64,000 nt of DNA from Myxococcota bacterium (GCA_963676915.2 CAXXVK010000010.1:64001-128000), one strand, 5' to 3'; shown: positions 43,423 through 53,445, counted from the first letter of the stretch. Translations and numbers: made by a program. The notes: generated by a model not told the origin, from the letters alone.

Positions 43423-45930
43423 ATGAAAACGCGACGAATCTCATTGGCATTACCGCTCCTGTTCGTTGTCGTGATGTTATCCGCGTCTTTGACCGGGTGT
43501 GCGGCGGGTTCTTTTATCGGGTACAAGTGGTTTCCCGATTACCCGAAGGACGAAACGGATACTATGGAAATTCCCGGTATCGAGCAGGACGTCCAGGTGT
43601 ATTTCGATGAGTATGGAATCGCCCATATCGAGGCGCAGAACGAAAAAGACCTGCTGATCGCTATCGGTTTCACGCAGAGTCGTGCCCGCTTCTTCGCCAT
43701 GGATGCCATGCGGCGTTTTGCTCGCGGTCGGGTGTCCGAGCTGGTCGGCGTTCAGAAATTCATGAGCGGCGATACCCTGGACTTCGACATGAGCATGCGA
43801 GGGTGGGGCATCGACAAGGATTGCATCGAAGACGTGAAGCAACTTGACCCGGAAGTGCGTGAGTTGTTGCAGGCGTACACGGATGGAATCAACTATGCGC
43901 TGGAAGAATACCTTCCTCTCGAATACCGGCTGTTGCGTGTCGATCCCGAACCCTGGACGCTGGAAGACACCTTCGCCATGGGTCGTCTGAACGCCTGGAG
44001 CGTGACCCACAACTGGCACCAGGAAGCGTCTCGTCTGATTCTCGCTCTGCACGGTGGGGCGGCGCGTTCGGAGGAAATCTATCCTAGCAAGTTCTGGCCG
44101 GGTGGAACGAGTGCCCCGGATCAGGAAATCGACGCTACGTTGCTTCCGGCGATCCCGGAAGAACTTCTCGAAATGCTGCCTCCGCGTCCCTACAAAGCCT
44201 GGGAAAGCGGAAACGAAACCGCCCAGCGTACCCTTCCCGGTGATGTCGCGCAGATCATGTCGGCTTCCAATGCCTGGGTCGTGGCGGGAGATTACTCCGC
44301 TTCCGGCAAGCCGGTGCTCGCCAACGATCCGCATCTGAGTCACTTTATTCCCTCGATGATGCTTCAACAGCACCTCAAAGCTCCGGGACTGGATGTCATC
44401 GGTGAAACCATCGCCGGTGTTCCCTACATTCTCAGCGGACACAACGGGAACGTGGCCTGGGGTATTACCTCTGCCGTGGGTGATGCCGTGGACCTCTATG
44501 TCGAGAAAGTCAATCCCGAAAATGCGGACGAAGTGCTGACTCCCGAAGGATACAAGCCGATCATCAAGCAGGAACACGTCATTCGCTATATCGAAGACGG
44601 CGATATGATGGAAAAGAAGGTCGTGATTCGCCAAAGCCCGAATGGGCCGATCATGAACGACATGTATCCCAACCTGTTTCCCGAATGGGCGCCTCTCGTG
44701 GCCATCAAGTGGTCCAATACCGGTCTGGGTGCTGGCGTAGCCAACCTCGGCAAAGCCAACCGTGCGAAAACCGTGGAAGAATTGCGCGTCGGTATGGCCG
44801 GAATCGTCACTCCGATTTCGATGTTCAATGCCGCCGACAATCAGGGCACCATCGCCGTGTTCGCAACGGGCAGCATTCCCGAGCGTGACAGTCACCTGGG
44901 AACCTTCCCCGTACCCGGCTGGGTCGATAAATACCAGTGGAAAGGTTTGCGTCCTCCCCTGGAGATGCCTCTTGCCGAGAAAACCAGCGGATATTTCGCG
45001 CATGGAAACAACCTGTACCGCAATCCTCTGCATTCCGAGCGTTTCTTCCAGATCGACTCCGCTCCTTCCTACCGCGTAGACCGAATTCACGAACTTTTGG
45101 CCCAGCGCCAGGATCATAATTTGGGTAGTATGGCCAAGATCCAGGGCGATGTAAAACTGATGCGTGCCGCACGCCTGATGCCGAAGATGCTCGAAGATCT
45201 CAATTCCTGTAGCGGCCTGTCGCCTAAAGAGCAAGAAGTGTTGAAGGTTCTCAATGCCTGGGATTACGAAGCCACCGCCGATTCCGTAGCGACGTTGGTT
45301 TTCTACTCGGTTTATCGGGAAGCCTATTTCGAAGCCCTGCGCGACGAAGTGGACGAAAAAGCCTTCGATTTCCTCGTGGGACAGCGCTACTCCACCAATG
45401 CCGCCGACCTGTGGTACGACAATCCCAATCATGTGGTGTGGGATCATCGCGGCACGGCAGCGCTCGAAACGCGCAAAGATGTCGTTGTGCCGGCATTCAA
45501 AAAAGCCGTTGCCGATTTGGCTAAAACGTACGGTGAAGATATCACCGCCTGGAAGTGGGGCGAAGCCCATTACCTGCACGTCAAGCACCTGTTCGGCAGC
45601 AAGGAAAGCCTCGCCGATTTCGTGAACCTGAAGCGTAGCCCGGCGGCTGGCGGACTGGATTCGGTCTGGAAATCCCACTTCGATCTCGGACATCCTGAGA
45701 CGCCGTTCAAAGCGACGGCCGGTCCCGTGTTCCGAATGGTGGTGGATTTAGGCGACCCCGACCACGGTAAGTGGATCAGCGATACCGGCGTGTCCGCATG
45801 GCCCGGATCTCCCCACTATGACGACCAGCATGATAAGTGGCTGAAAGAGGAATTCATTCCGATGATGTACAACTGGGATGAAATCAAGGCGAACGCCAAA
45901 GGCGTGTTGACCTTGAAAAAAGTGGACTAA
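43423..45930 (+). CDS. Penicillin acylase family (Ntn-hydrolase, peptidase S45) lipoprotein
   Basis: Lipobox LTGC; DEYGIAHIEA; autocleavage site ASNAWVV; LANDPHL; GHNGNVAWGIT; SPHYDDQ. ATG after AAGGAGG. Confidence 0.92.
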   Translation: MKTRRISLALPLLFVVVMLSASLTGCAAGSFIGYKWFPDYPKDETDTMEIPGIEQDVQVYFDEYGIAHIEAQNEKDLLIAIGFTQSRARFFAMDAMRRFARGRVSELVGVQKFMSGDTLDFDMSMRGWGIDKDCIEDVKQLDPEVRELLQAYTDGINYALEEYLPLEYRLLRVDPEPWTLEDTFAMGRLNAWSVTHNWHQEASRLILALHGGAARSEEIYPSKFWPGGTSAPDQEIDATLLPAIPEELLEMLPPRPYKAWESGNETAQRTLPGDVAQIMSASNAWVVAGDYSASGKPVLANDPHLSHFIPSMMLQQHLKAPGLDVIGETIAGVPYILSGHNGNVAWGITSAVGDAVDLYVEKVNPENADEVLTPEGYKPIIKQEHVIRYIEDGDMMEKKVVIRQSPNGPIMNDMYPNLFPEWAPLVAIKWSNTGLGAGVANLGKANRAKTVEELRVGMAGIVTPISMFNAADNQGTIAVFATGSIPERDSHLGTFPVPGWVDKYQWKGLRPPLEMPLAEKTSGYFAHGNNLYRNPLHSERFFQIDSAPSYRVDRIHELLAQRQDHNLGSMAKIQGDVKLMRAARLMPKMLEDLNSCSGLSPKEQEVLKVLNAWDYEATADSVATLVFYSVYREAYFEALRDEVDEKAFDFLVGQRYSTNAADLWYDNPNHVVWDHRGTAALETRKDVVVPAFKKAVADLAKTYGEDITAWKWGEAHYLHVKHLFGSKESLADFVNLKRSPAAGGLDSVWKSHFDLGHPETPFKATAGPVFRMVVDLGDPDHGKWISDTGVSAWPGSPHYDDQHDKWLKEEFIPMMYNWDEIKANAKGVLTLKKVD

Positions 45931-45951
45931 CCGCTAGCCCATAGGTTTCTC

Positions 45952-45984
45952 AACAGCCCTTTTCCATCGGAAAAGGGCTGTTTT
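45952..45984. terminator. Terminator hairpin between convergent genes
   Basis: AACAGCCCTTTTCC-atc-GGAAAAGGGCTGTT stem followed by TT. Confidence 0.8.
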
Positions 45985-46073
45985 CGTTTGTGCGGTCTAG
46001 CGTTTGATAACCGGATGGGGTAGCAAGGGCTAACCGTAGGTTGCTCTTCTTCTCTATATCCGTTCTTCCCGAC

Positions 46074-47861
46074 TCAGGGGAGAACGAGCACTTCGACACG
46101 TCCCGGGCGCTGACGGATTTTGAAACGGGCTCGGCGGTTGAGTTCGATTTCTACGTAGAGCGTTTTCTGTTTCGGTCGCCAATCGGGACGTACCGCCGTT
46201 ACCGGGGTTTTCATGACCTGTGTATACAGCGGAAACAGCAGCAATCGTGAGGGCACGATGATCGGTTCCAGCTTGATCGATAACCGGGTGTGGCCTTTCC
46301 AGGTCCAGCTTACCTTGCAACGCCCCTCCAGAGGGATGGTTATCTCCGCCCGATGGTCTTCGGCTTTGAACGCGATGGGTTTTAGTGTCGCCGGACCTTT
46401 CATTTCAGTTGAGGTCGGAGATTCGGAGCTAGAAGATGTTCCCAAGCGTTCCTGTTTTTGTTTGGCATATTGTTTTTGCCGTTCCTGCCATTGTTTTTCC
46501 CGAGCTTGTTTACGGCTTGCAATAAGAGTGGATTGCTTGGTTTTTCGAACGGCTTCGGCTTCCTGCTTGCGCCGTTCTTCTTTCTCCTGGTCCAATCGGA
46601 CCAATCGGGCATTTTCTTCTTGTTGTTGTTTGCGAAGTTGTTCCAAACGTTGTTTTTCTTGGCGTTCTTTTTCCAAAAGTTCCTGTTTGGCGCGTTCGCG
46701 TTGCTGTCGTTCTTCTTCCCGGCGCAAGGTTTCTTCACGCTCTCGTTCCTGGCGCTCTTTTTCCAGTCTCGCCAGTTTTAGCCGTTCGCGTTCCTGTCGT
46801 TCTTTTTCGATTCGAAGCGCTTCGAGCCGTTCCTTTTCCTTACGCTCCTTTTCCAGTCGTTTTCTTTCTTGCTGTTCTTTTTCCCTTTGCAGTGCTTCTT
46901 GTCGTTCTTTTTCGATCCGTTCCCGTTCCAAGCGGGCCAGTGCGAGCCGTTTTCGTTCTTTTCGCTCTTTTTCCTGTCGTTCTTTCTCCAAACGAGCGAG
47001 TTCGAGTCGTTCTCTTTCTTTTCGTTCACGTTCGATTCGCGCTGCTTCGATCCGTTCGCGTTCTTCGGTTACCGATCGTTGTACGTGCCAGAACCAGCGG
47101 GATTCCTGGGCCAGACGATTTCGTTTGTCTCCGGCTCGGGTGGCGACGCCATCCCGTTCTTTTCGTAAAAGGTCCATTTCCCGTTGACGGGCTTCTTCCT
47201 TGGCGCGGCGAGCGGCCAATTCGGCGATCATCGCTTCCCGCTCGCGGCGTTCCCGCTCTCGTTTCTGTTCGAGAGCCAGCAGGCGCTTTCGCTCTTCTTC
47301 CGCACGCTTTTCCTCTTCCAGTCTGCGTTTTCGTTCTTCTTCCAGCCTCATGGCCGCCACCTGGGCGGCTTCTTCTTCAAGAGATTCGGGAAGTGGAGAA
47401 GATTCGGCCACCGCTATCGGTGGTGGTTCGTAAGGCTCCAGCGATTCGACGAAAAGGGTCAGACGGTTGCCGTCAGTTTCGGCGCTGAATTCAACCTCGA
47501 CCCGAGGGTAAAGAATCAGTAAAACCGTGGAAGTCTCCGAAACAACACGTATTTCGGCTTGCTCAAGAAAGCCGTTTTTCGGTGTCTTCAATTCACCGGG
47601 GTGGGCGCAGTCAGCAGGACTGAACTCGAAGAAGATCCGGTAGGGGGCCGACAGTTCGTAGGTCGAAAACTGGGGCGGCTCGTTTCCCGAAAGCCGGATC
47701 TCGAATCCTCCGTTTGCTTCGCGTCCTTCAACCTGTTCGATGTGATTGGATGCCCACGTCGATGCAGCGAACCCCAAGAGAATCCAGAGGAACACCCCCA
47801 CATGGAAAGTAAAGTGCAGCCGATAGCCGCGTGTTAGTGTCGATGGTGGCGCACCAACCAT
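46074..47861 (-). CDS. Secreted protein with two AMIN-like domains joined by a long E/R/K-rich helical linker (start uncertain)
   Basis: Signal-like segment, then PPQFSTYELSAPYRIFFEF (AMIN pattern), about 300 charged residues, and a C-terminal beta domain PLYTQVMKTPVTAV...VEIEL. Confidence 0.65.
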   Translation of the reverse strand: MVGAPPSTLTRGYRLHFTFHVGVFLWILLGFAASTWASNHIEQVEGREANGGFEIRLSGNEPPQFSTYELSAPYRIFFEFSPADCAHPGELKTPKNGFLEQAEIRVVSETSTVLLILYPRVEVEFSAETDGNRLTLFVESLEPYEPPPIAVAESSPLPESLEEEAAQVAAMRLEEERKRRLEEEKRAEEERKRLLALEQKRERERREREAMIAELAARRAKEEARQREMDLLRKERDGVATRAGDKRNRLAQESRWFWHVQRSVTEERERIEAARIERERKERERLELARLEKERQEKERKERKRLALARLERERIEKERQEALQREKEQQERKRLEKERKEKERLEALRIEKERQERERLKLARLEKERQEREREETLRREEERQQRERAKQELLEKERQEKQRLEQLRKQQQEENARLVRLDQEKEERRKQEAEAVRKTKQSTLIASRKQAREKQWQERQKQYAKQKQERLGTSSSSESPTSTEMKGPATLKPIAFKAEDHRAEITIPLEGRCKVSWTWKGHTRLSIKLEPIIVPSRLLLFPLYTQVMKTPVTAVRPDWRPKQKTLYVEIELNRRARFKIRQRPGRVEVLVLP

Positions 47862-49153
47862 GGGCGAGCTTCTCCGGCAATGTAAAGGGAACCGAAAACC
47901 ACGACCAGCCCGTCATCGGGAACGAGGTCGCGGGCCAGACGCAAGGCCGCCGAGCAGATCTTGCGGCGGCGAACCTTTTGGCCATGCTCTTTGAGAAATT
48001 GGGCGAGACGTTCGTGCGGCAAGGCGCGTTCGTATCGAACCCTCGTGGCAATCCAGAAATCGATGAGGCCGAACATCGGTTCCAGCACGCCGTCGATGTC
48101 CTTGTCCGACATCATCCCTGTTACCGCGTAAATGGGACGGTCGGAGATGTTGTGCTTCAGATAATTGGCCAACGATGCGACGGCTTCGGGGTTGTGAGCG
48201 CCGTCCAGCAGCCATTTGGGACCATCGCCGAACGGCTCCAAACGAGCGATCCATCGGGTGGCGGACAAGCCTTTGCGGATGGCGTCGTCGGGAATGTCGA
48301 AGCCTTTGTGTCGTAGTTCAAGGGCTAACGATACCGCGAGAGAGGCGTTGTCCAGTTGATGGTCTCCGACGAGTCCCGGCGCCAGGGCATCGATACGCAG
48401 GTCATCTCCCTGAACGTAGGTCCAGGCGTCGGAGTCGCGTACCCAGCCGAAATCTTCGCCCAGGGCTTTGCGGGTGACGTTCAGTTTTTCTGCCCTACGT
48501 TTGACCACACTTGCACCGATGTCCGGCAATCGCCCGGTAATCAGCGGAACGCCCTGTTTGAGAATCCCTGCTTTTTCACGGGCGATTTTTCCCAATGTGT
48601 CGCCCAGCCACTGCGTATGTTCGATCGATAGCGAAGTGATTGCCGTTGCCGTGGGTGAACAGATGTTGGTGGCGTCCAGGCGTCCGCCCATACCGGTTTC
48701 CAAAAGCGCGATATCGACGTTTTCCCGGCGAAAGTAGTCTATCGCCATCGCGGTGGTGATTTCGAAAAACGTGGGGTTGAAGGGGTTCTTTTTCGCACTT
48801 TTTCGCGTCAATTCGTCCGAAGCTCGTTTTACATGAGCCGCCATGGCGCGGGTTTTGCGAGGGCTTGCCTCTTCCATGTCGATACGGAATCGTTCGCCCA
48901 GGCGAATCAGGTGCGGGGAGGAATAAAACCCCACCTTATATCCGGCCGCCGTAAGAATGTTGGACAAAAAAGAGCAACTCGACCCCTTGCCGTTGGACCC
49001 GGCGACGTGTACCACCGGATAGGACAACTGTGGATCGCCCAGTTGCCGGGCCAGTCGTTTCATGTTGTTCAAGCCAAGCTTGATGCCGAACATTTCCCGT
49101 TCGAAAACCCATCGAATCGGATCGTCGGAAATGGAGCGTTTCAAGATGTTCAT
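47834..49153 (-). CDS. folC: Folylpolyglutamate / dihydrofolate synthase
   Basis: HVAGSNGKGS, YSSPHL, ETGMGGRLDATN, IAREKAGI, LDGAHN and FGSLY motifs. Confidence 0.96.
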   Translation of the reverse strand: MNILKRSISDDPIRWVFEREMFGIKLGLNNMKRLARQLGDPQLSYPVVHVAGSNGKGSSCSFLSNILTAAGYKVGFYSSPHLIRLGERFRIDMEEASPRKTRAMAAHVKRASDELTRKSAKKNPFNPTFFEITTAMAIDYFRRENVDIALLETGMGGRLDATNICSPTATAITSLSIEHTQWLGDTLGKIAREKAGILKQGVPLITGRLPDIGASVVKRRAEKLNVTRKALGEDFGWVRDSDAWTYVQGDDLRIDALAPGLVGDHQLDNASLAVSLALELRHKGFDIPDDAIRKGLSATRWIARLEPFGDGPKWLLDGAHNPEAVASLANYLKHNISDRPIYAVTGMMSDKDIDGVLEPMFGLIDFWIATRVRYERALPHERLAQFLKEHGQKVRRRKICSAALRLARDLVPDDGLVVVFGSLYIAGEARPWLVRHHRH

Positions 49154-49155
49154 CC

Positions 49156-51582
49156 CTATTTCGTGGTCATGACCCATACGCCGTCCCATTGCTCGGGAGG
49201 CGGATTTTGCCTGTATTGCTCGACCCTTTCGATGAATGAAGTGGCGGGGAAATCGTCCGGGACGATTTCCAGCACCTTCTTGAAACTGGCCACGGCGTCA
49301 TCCCATTTTTGTTGGCGGTACAGCGCTAGACCCTTCTCGAAGTGCGCGACCAACTCTTGTTGTTCGCGTTTTCCTTTGCCTTTGGCCACTAACTCATAAA
49401 TTCGTACCGGTTCCAGTTTTCCTTTCACACGAATCGAATCGAGTTCACGGCAGAGGAATGTATCTCCGATTCGCTCTTTTGTAAACTCCGTAATGATAAT
49501 GCAGGTGCCGTATTCTTTGTTGACACCTTCGACGCGGGAACCGAGGTTCACGCCGTCGCCCAGCAGGGAATAGTCGAAACGCAGGTCCGATCCCATGTTA
49601 CCGACCCACATTTCTCCCGTGTTGACTCCGATACCGATGCGCATGGAGTGCATTTTCGGTTTGTCGGGGTAGGTTTCCTGCCAGAATTTTCGCAGTTTAT
49701 CCAACCGATCGATCATTTCAAGCGCCGTTTCGCAGGCTCGATGCGCCGAGTCAGGAAGATTTACCGGAGCACCCCAGAAGGCCATGATCGCGTCACCCAT
49801 GTATTTGTCCAACACGCCGTCGTGCTTGAGAACGATCTTGGTCATGGGGTTCAGGTATTCGTTCATCAGGCGGCCCAGTTCGTCAGGAGTGAGGGTCTCG
49901 GACAGGGTGGTAAAGCTGCGAATATCCGAGAATAGTACCGAAATTTCGCGTCGTTCTCCACCGAGCTTGAGCTTGTCGAAGTCGTTCATCACCGAATCGA
50001 TAACCGAAGCGTTGAGGTATTGTTGGAAGGCGCTGCGGGTACGACGGCGCTCACGTTCTTCGGTAATGTACCGGTAAATGTAAACCGAGAGGAAAATCAT
50101 GAACGCTTCGGTCAGCGGCATGACGGTTTGAATCAGGTATCCATTACTGAAAAACAGATATTTGTCCATGACCAGATAACCGCCGATCAACGCTATGATA
50201 AACAGTGCTCCCCACAGTGCGGCGACCCGTTGCAGAACGAGTCCGAAAAGCAGGCCGAAAAACAGCACCACGCCGAGTTCGAAATAATAAGCCCAATCCG
50301 GGCGGCTGAGGAAGTTGTTGTTGATGATGTTGTCGATCACGTTGGCGTGAATTTCGACACCGGGGAAGTCTTCCTGGAACGGCATGACGCGCAGGTCGTA
50401 AGCCGCGGTGGCCGTGACACCGACGAGGATGATTTTATCCTTCAGCTCGTTCACAATGTGAATGATTTTTGTGCAACCCATTTTTGTATAGGCATCCGGC
50501 TGTTCTTCCCGAACCTGTGAGCAGTAGGCCGCACGGATGATGTCGATCACCGAGTAATGGGTAAAGGTTTGTTCCGGTCCGTGGTAGTTGACAAGCAAGC
50601 GTCCCTCGTGGTTGCAGGGAATCAACACCGATCCATCGCCTCTTCCGAGAGAAATCGATTCCACCCCTTTGTAATAGGTGTTGATGATGATTTCCTGATC
50701 GAGATAGACCGAAGAGGCTTTCAATGACAATGAGGGATACAAAAGCTCGTGATCCGGGTCGTCATCTTTGACTTCCTGTATCAGGTCGGCCCAACGCAGA
50801 CTTCCATCGGTGTCCGGTAAAAAGCTGAAATGACCGAAATAATCGGTTTCATCCGCGAAAATATCCAACGGAGCGCGGATGGCCAGCCCGGTTCGATAGT
50901 GTTGTTCGTAGAGATGTTCGTCCTCGGGTGTCAGAGGACTTGTCATGCTGATTTTGCTTAGTTCGACGGCTTCGATACCGTGAGCGAGTATTTCGGGGTT
51001 CAGGTGTTTGACTTCTTCCGGATTGGTGAAAATAAAGAAGCCCAGAATCACCCCGACATCGTTTTCGTCGGCTCGGGCGATGGATTCGGCCAATACCTTA
51101 TCCGGGTCGTCTTTTTCTTTCAGATCGTCGATGTAATCCAGGATGACATCCCGTGTTTCCTGGCATTCCTCGCCGCATTCCTCCTGTTCGATTTTTTCTA
51201 TCCCTTGAGCCAATTCATTGGCAACGTACGCGAAACGGCTGCGGTCTTCGTCGGAAAACACGATATCGAAGGCGATGACCCTTGTTCCCGCAAGATTGAG
51301 GGAGTCGATCATCGCGGCGATATGTTTCCGATTCCAGGGCCAGCGTCCAAGGGCTTGGATGGATTTTTCGTCGATGGCGGCGATAGCCACTTTGTTACTG
51401 TGGGGTGTAATACCGCGATTGAGGAATTTCACGTCCAGTGCTTTGAGTTCCATCAGGTCGAAGAACCCGAAATCCCAACCATTTTCCTCTTTCAACAGGA
51501 AAATGACGAAGAAGATCAGCGATACCAACATGCTGAGTCGGAAAACACTCAATCGTAACCACGACCGGCGCTTTTTCGCCAT
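49156..51582 (-). CDS. CHASE2-domain adenylate/guanylate cyclase
   Basis: IDEKSIQALGRWPWNR and PGVEIHA (CHASE2); three TMs; LFSDIRSFT, DKYMGDAIMAFWGAP, GDGVNLGSRVEG and VKGK (class III cyclase); TPR-like tail. Confidence 0.93.
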   Translation of the reverse strand: MAKKRRSWLRLSVFRLSMLVSLIFFVIFLLKEENGWDFGFFDLMELKALDVKFLNRGITPHSNKVAIAAIDEKSIQALGRWPWNRKHIAAMIDSLNLAGTRVIAFDIVFSDEDRSRFAYVANELAQGIEKIEQEECGEECQETRDVILDYIDDLKEKDDPDKVLAESIARADENDVGVILGFFIFTNPEEVKHLNPEILAHGIEAVELSKISMTSPLTPEDEHLYEQHYRTGLAIRAPLDIFADETDYFGHFSFLPDTDGSLRWADLIQEVKDDDPDHELLYPSLSLKASSVYLDQEIIINTYYKGVESISLGRGDGSVLIPCNHEGRLLVNYHGPEQTFTHYSVIDIIRAAYCSQVREEQPDAYTKMGCTKIIHIVNELKDKIILVGVTATAAYDLRVMPFQEDFPGVEIHANVIDNIINNNFLSRPDWAYYFELGVVLFFGLLFGLVLQRVAALWGALFIIALIGGYLVMDKYLFFSNGYLIQTVMPLTEAFMIFLSVYIYRYITEERERRRTRSAFQQYLNASVIDSVMNDFDKLKLGGERREISVLFSDIRSFTTLSETLTPDELGRLMNEYLNPMTKIVLKHDGVLDKYMGDAIMAFWGAPVNLPDSAHRACETALEMIDRLDKLRKFWQETYPDKPKMHSMRIGIGVNTGEMWVGNMGSDLRFDYSLLGDGVNLGSRVEGVNKEYGTCIIITEFTKERIGDTFLCRELDSIRVKGKLEPVRIYELVAKGKGKREQQELVAHFEKGLALYRQQKWDDAVASFKKVLEIVPDDFPATSFIERVEQYRQNPPPEQWDGVWVMTTK

Positions 51583-51624
51583 GTCACCACCCCTTTCCGA
51601 AAAGCAAACCCTTCACGATGACAC

Positions 51625-51654
51625 AGTATGGCGCACAATGAGGTTTTTTGGCAA
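51625..51654 (-). promoter_or_regulatory. Putative sigma70 promoter of the cyclase-folC operon
   Basis: Minus strand TTGCCA-N18-CATACT. Confidence 0.45.
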
Positions 51655-51669
51655 GGGGAAGATTTATTT

Positions 51670-51873
51670 TGGGTGCATCACAAAATGGTGCGAATTGGCC
51701 CAATAATATTGAAGCATTCATTCATTTGGTTGTAGCGGCGAGGCGTAAGCCCGCCGAAAAGGGAGATTGGGGGTATAAAAGCAACTTTCAAAAGGCAAAA
51801 ACGGCGGGCTTACGCCTCGCCGCTACGAAAAAAGAGGATTTTACGAAAGTCGCACTATTTTGTGATGCACCCA
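51670..51873. mobile_element. MITE-like element (204 bp) with 24-bp TIRs, 7-bp flanking direct repeat and an internal REP doublet
   Basis: TGGGTGCATCACAAAATGGTGCGA matches the reverse complement of the right end at 23/24. TTTATTT flanks both sides (51663-51669, 51874-51880). Confidence 0.8.
51732..51826. repeat. GTAG-type REP doublet (REPIN-like)
   Basis: GTAGCGGCGAGGCGTAAGCCCGCCG at 51732-51756 and its exact reverse complement at 51802-51826, 45-bp spacer. Confidence 0.85.
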
Positions 51874-51956
51874 TTTATTTGGGGACTCTAGCGAAATGTG
51901 TTGGATGGGTGGAAGCGATTTTATATAAGAGCTTCGTTTTTTCTTGAGTGTAAAAT

Positions 51957-51995
51957 AAAAAAGGCTGTGCTTCCGGTAGGTTGCACAGCCTTTTT
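51957..51995 (-). terminator. Terminator after the anti-sigma gene (bidirectional-type)
   Basis: AAAAAGGCTGTGC...GCACAGCCTTTTT stem. Confidence 0.8.
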
Positions 51996-52022
51996 ACTTT
52001 GGAATGTTTTTTCGAAAGAAGG

Positions 52023-52772
52023 TTAGAAACTCAGGTCGGCGGTTTCGACGGCTTTCATCAGGTTGGATTCGTTGTCGTCGGATACCAGGGTGTAGATCAA
52101 CTTACGGTCCCGCCATGCCACGACATTGAACCCTCGCCGCTGATCCAGGTAGACTTCGCGATTTCCAGCACGCCGCACGGTTCCGGCAAGATCATGGTTG
52201 CCGGTGTCGGTCGCCACGACCAGCGAATACCGCCGTCCTTCCCGCTGGAAACCGTAGTACGCAGCGGAGTGATTGTACACACGGTCCACCCGACCCCCGA
52301 CCAGTTCGATGCGGGAATTGGTGAATTTGACCGACGGGACGGCGAACCCGGTCTTTTTCCGTAAATATGTACGGACGGTTTTGTAATCGGGAGATTGTAC
52401 GTCGTAAGGCAACTCTTTGGTGTGGACGTCCACCGCCGCTTCGACGATCGGAGAAATTTCGATGCGGGGTTGGAACAGAATGACAGCGAAAACCAACGCC
52501 ATGGCCATGGCCGGAGCCAGTTTCCAGGCCAATGGGACGCTCTTTTTTCGCTGTTCCATCATCGATAGCGCCACCTGGGCGCGCAGAGCGCGTGGGGCTT
52601 CCTCGTTGGTTACCGCTTGGCGCACTCCCCGTTTGAACCAGCGTTCGAAGGCGACTTTCTGTTGGCAGACCGGGCAGTATTTGAAGTGGGATTCAATTTC
52701 CTGCTCTTCCCCTTCGGTAAATTCGCCATCGAGATACGGTTGAAGATATTGTTCGAAATCTTTGCAATCCAT
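52023..52772 (-). CDS. Transmembrane zinc-finger (zf-HC2/ZAS) anti-sigma factor
   Basis: MDC...YLDGE...HFKYCPVC (HxxxCxxC), one TM and a periplasmic domain; directly downstream of the ECF sigma. Confidence 0.88.
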   Translation of the reverse strand: MDCKDFEQYLQPYLDGEFTEGEEQEIESHFKYCPVCQQKVAFERWFKRGVRQAVTNEEAPRALRAQVALSMMEQRKKSVPLAWKLAPAMAMALVFAVILFQPRIEISPIVEAAVDVHTKELPYDVQSPDYKTVRTYLRKKTGFAVPSVKFTNSRIELVGGRVDRVYNHSAAYYGFQREGRRYSLVVATDTGNHDLAGTVRRAGNREVYLDQRRGFNVVAWRDRKLIYTLVSDDNESNLMKAVETADLSF

Positions 52773-52785
52773 GAGTCGTTCTCCC

Positions 52786-53445
52786 TCAATCCCGTTCTCG
52801 CGATCCGTTGACCGCTTTGAGCGAGGTCACGGTTGCCTCTTTTTGGGTTTCTTTCGTGTCGTTCGACGTTATTCTCACGATCCCTTCCCGGACCGCGTAT
52901 TCCTGCAACGCCTTTTTCATCGCCCGCCGTCCCCGGTTGAGGCGTGACATGATCGTGCCGATCGGAACATCAAGTGCCTGGGCTGCCTCTGCGTAGGAAA
53001 ATTCCTGCAAATCCACCAGATCCACCACGATTCGGAAATTATCGGGTAAATCCGTAAACGCCTTTTGCACCTCGTCGCTCATCGAATCACCCATCGGAAC
53101 GTTGTGACGCGCAAATTCCGTTTGCGTCCATTCGTCGATGAACCGGCCTTCGATATCCCCGAAATCGAAATCACGGGCGAGATGTTCTTTTTCCCGGCGG
53201 TTTTTTCGATACTGATTGATAAACGTGTTGGTCAGGATTTTGAACATCCAGGCTTTCAGGTTGGTACCATCCTGAAAACGATCTTTGAACCGATACGCAC
53301 GCAGGTAGGTTTCCTGTACGAGGTCTTCGGCGTCTTTGCGGTTGCGCGTCATGCGCAACGCGCTGGAATACAGGCTATCCATCAGGGCAAGCGTCTGCTC
53401 TGTAAATTCGTTGTCTTGCTTGCGTTGTGAAAACCACCCGAACAT
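52786..53445 (-). CDS. ECF RNA polymerase sigma factor (SigR/SigH-like)
   Basis: ALRMTRNRKDAEDLVQETYLRAY, GTNLKAWMFKILTNTFINQYRK and PIGTIMSRLNRGR motifs. Confidence 0.93.
   Translation of the reverse strand: MFGWFSQRKQDNEFTEQTLALMDSLYSSALRMTRNRKDAEDLVQETYLRAYRFKDRFQDGTNLKAWMFKILTNTFINQYRKNRREKEHLARDFDFGDIEGRFIDEWTQTEFARHNVPMGDSMSDEVQKAFTDLPDNFRIVVDLVDLQEFSYAEAAQALDVPIGTIMSRLNRGRRAMKKALQEYAVREGIVRITSNDTKETQKEATVTSLKAVNGSRERD

Noticed and set aside
46443-47380. Low-complexity repeats as a CRISPR array or VNTR
   Set aside because: No fixed-length repeat/spacer pattern; explained by the E/R/K-rich coding sequence on the minus strand.
51648-51947. 99-aa ORF over the MITE; also 60986-61192 and 53932-54213
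   Set aside because: They overlap palindromic repeats or gene ends, with no RBS or protein-like features.
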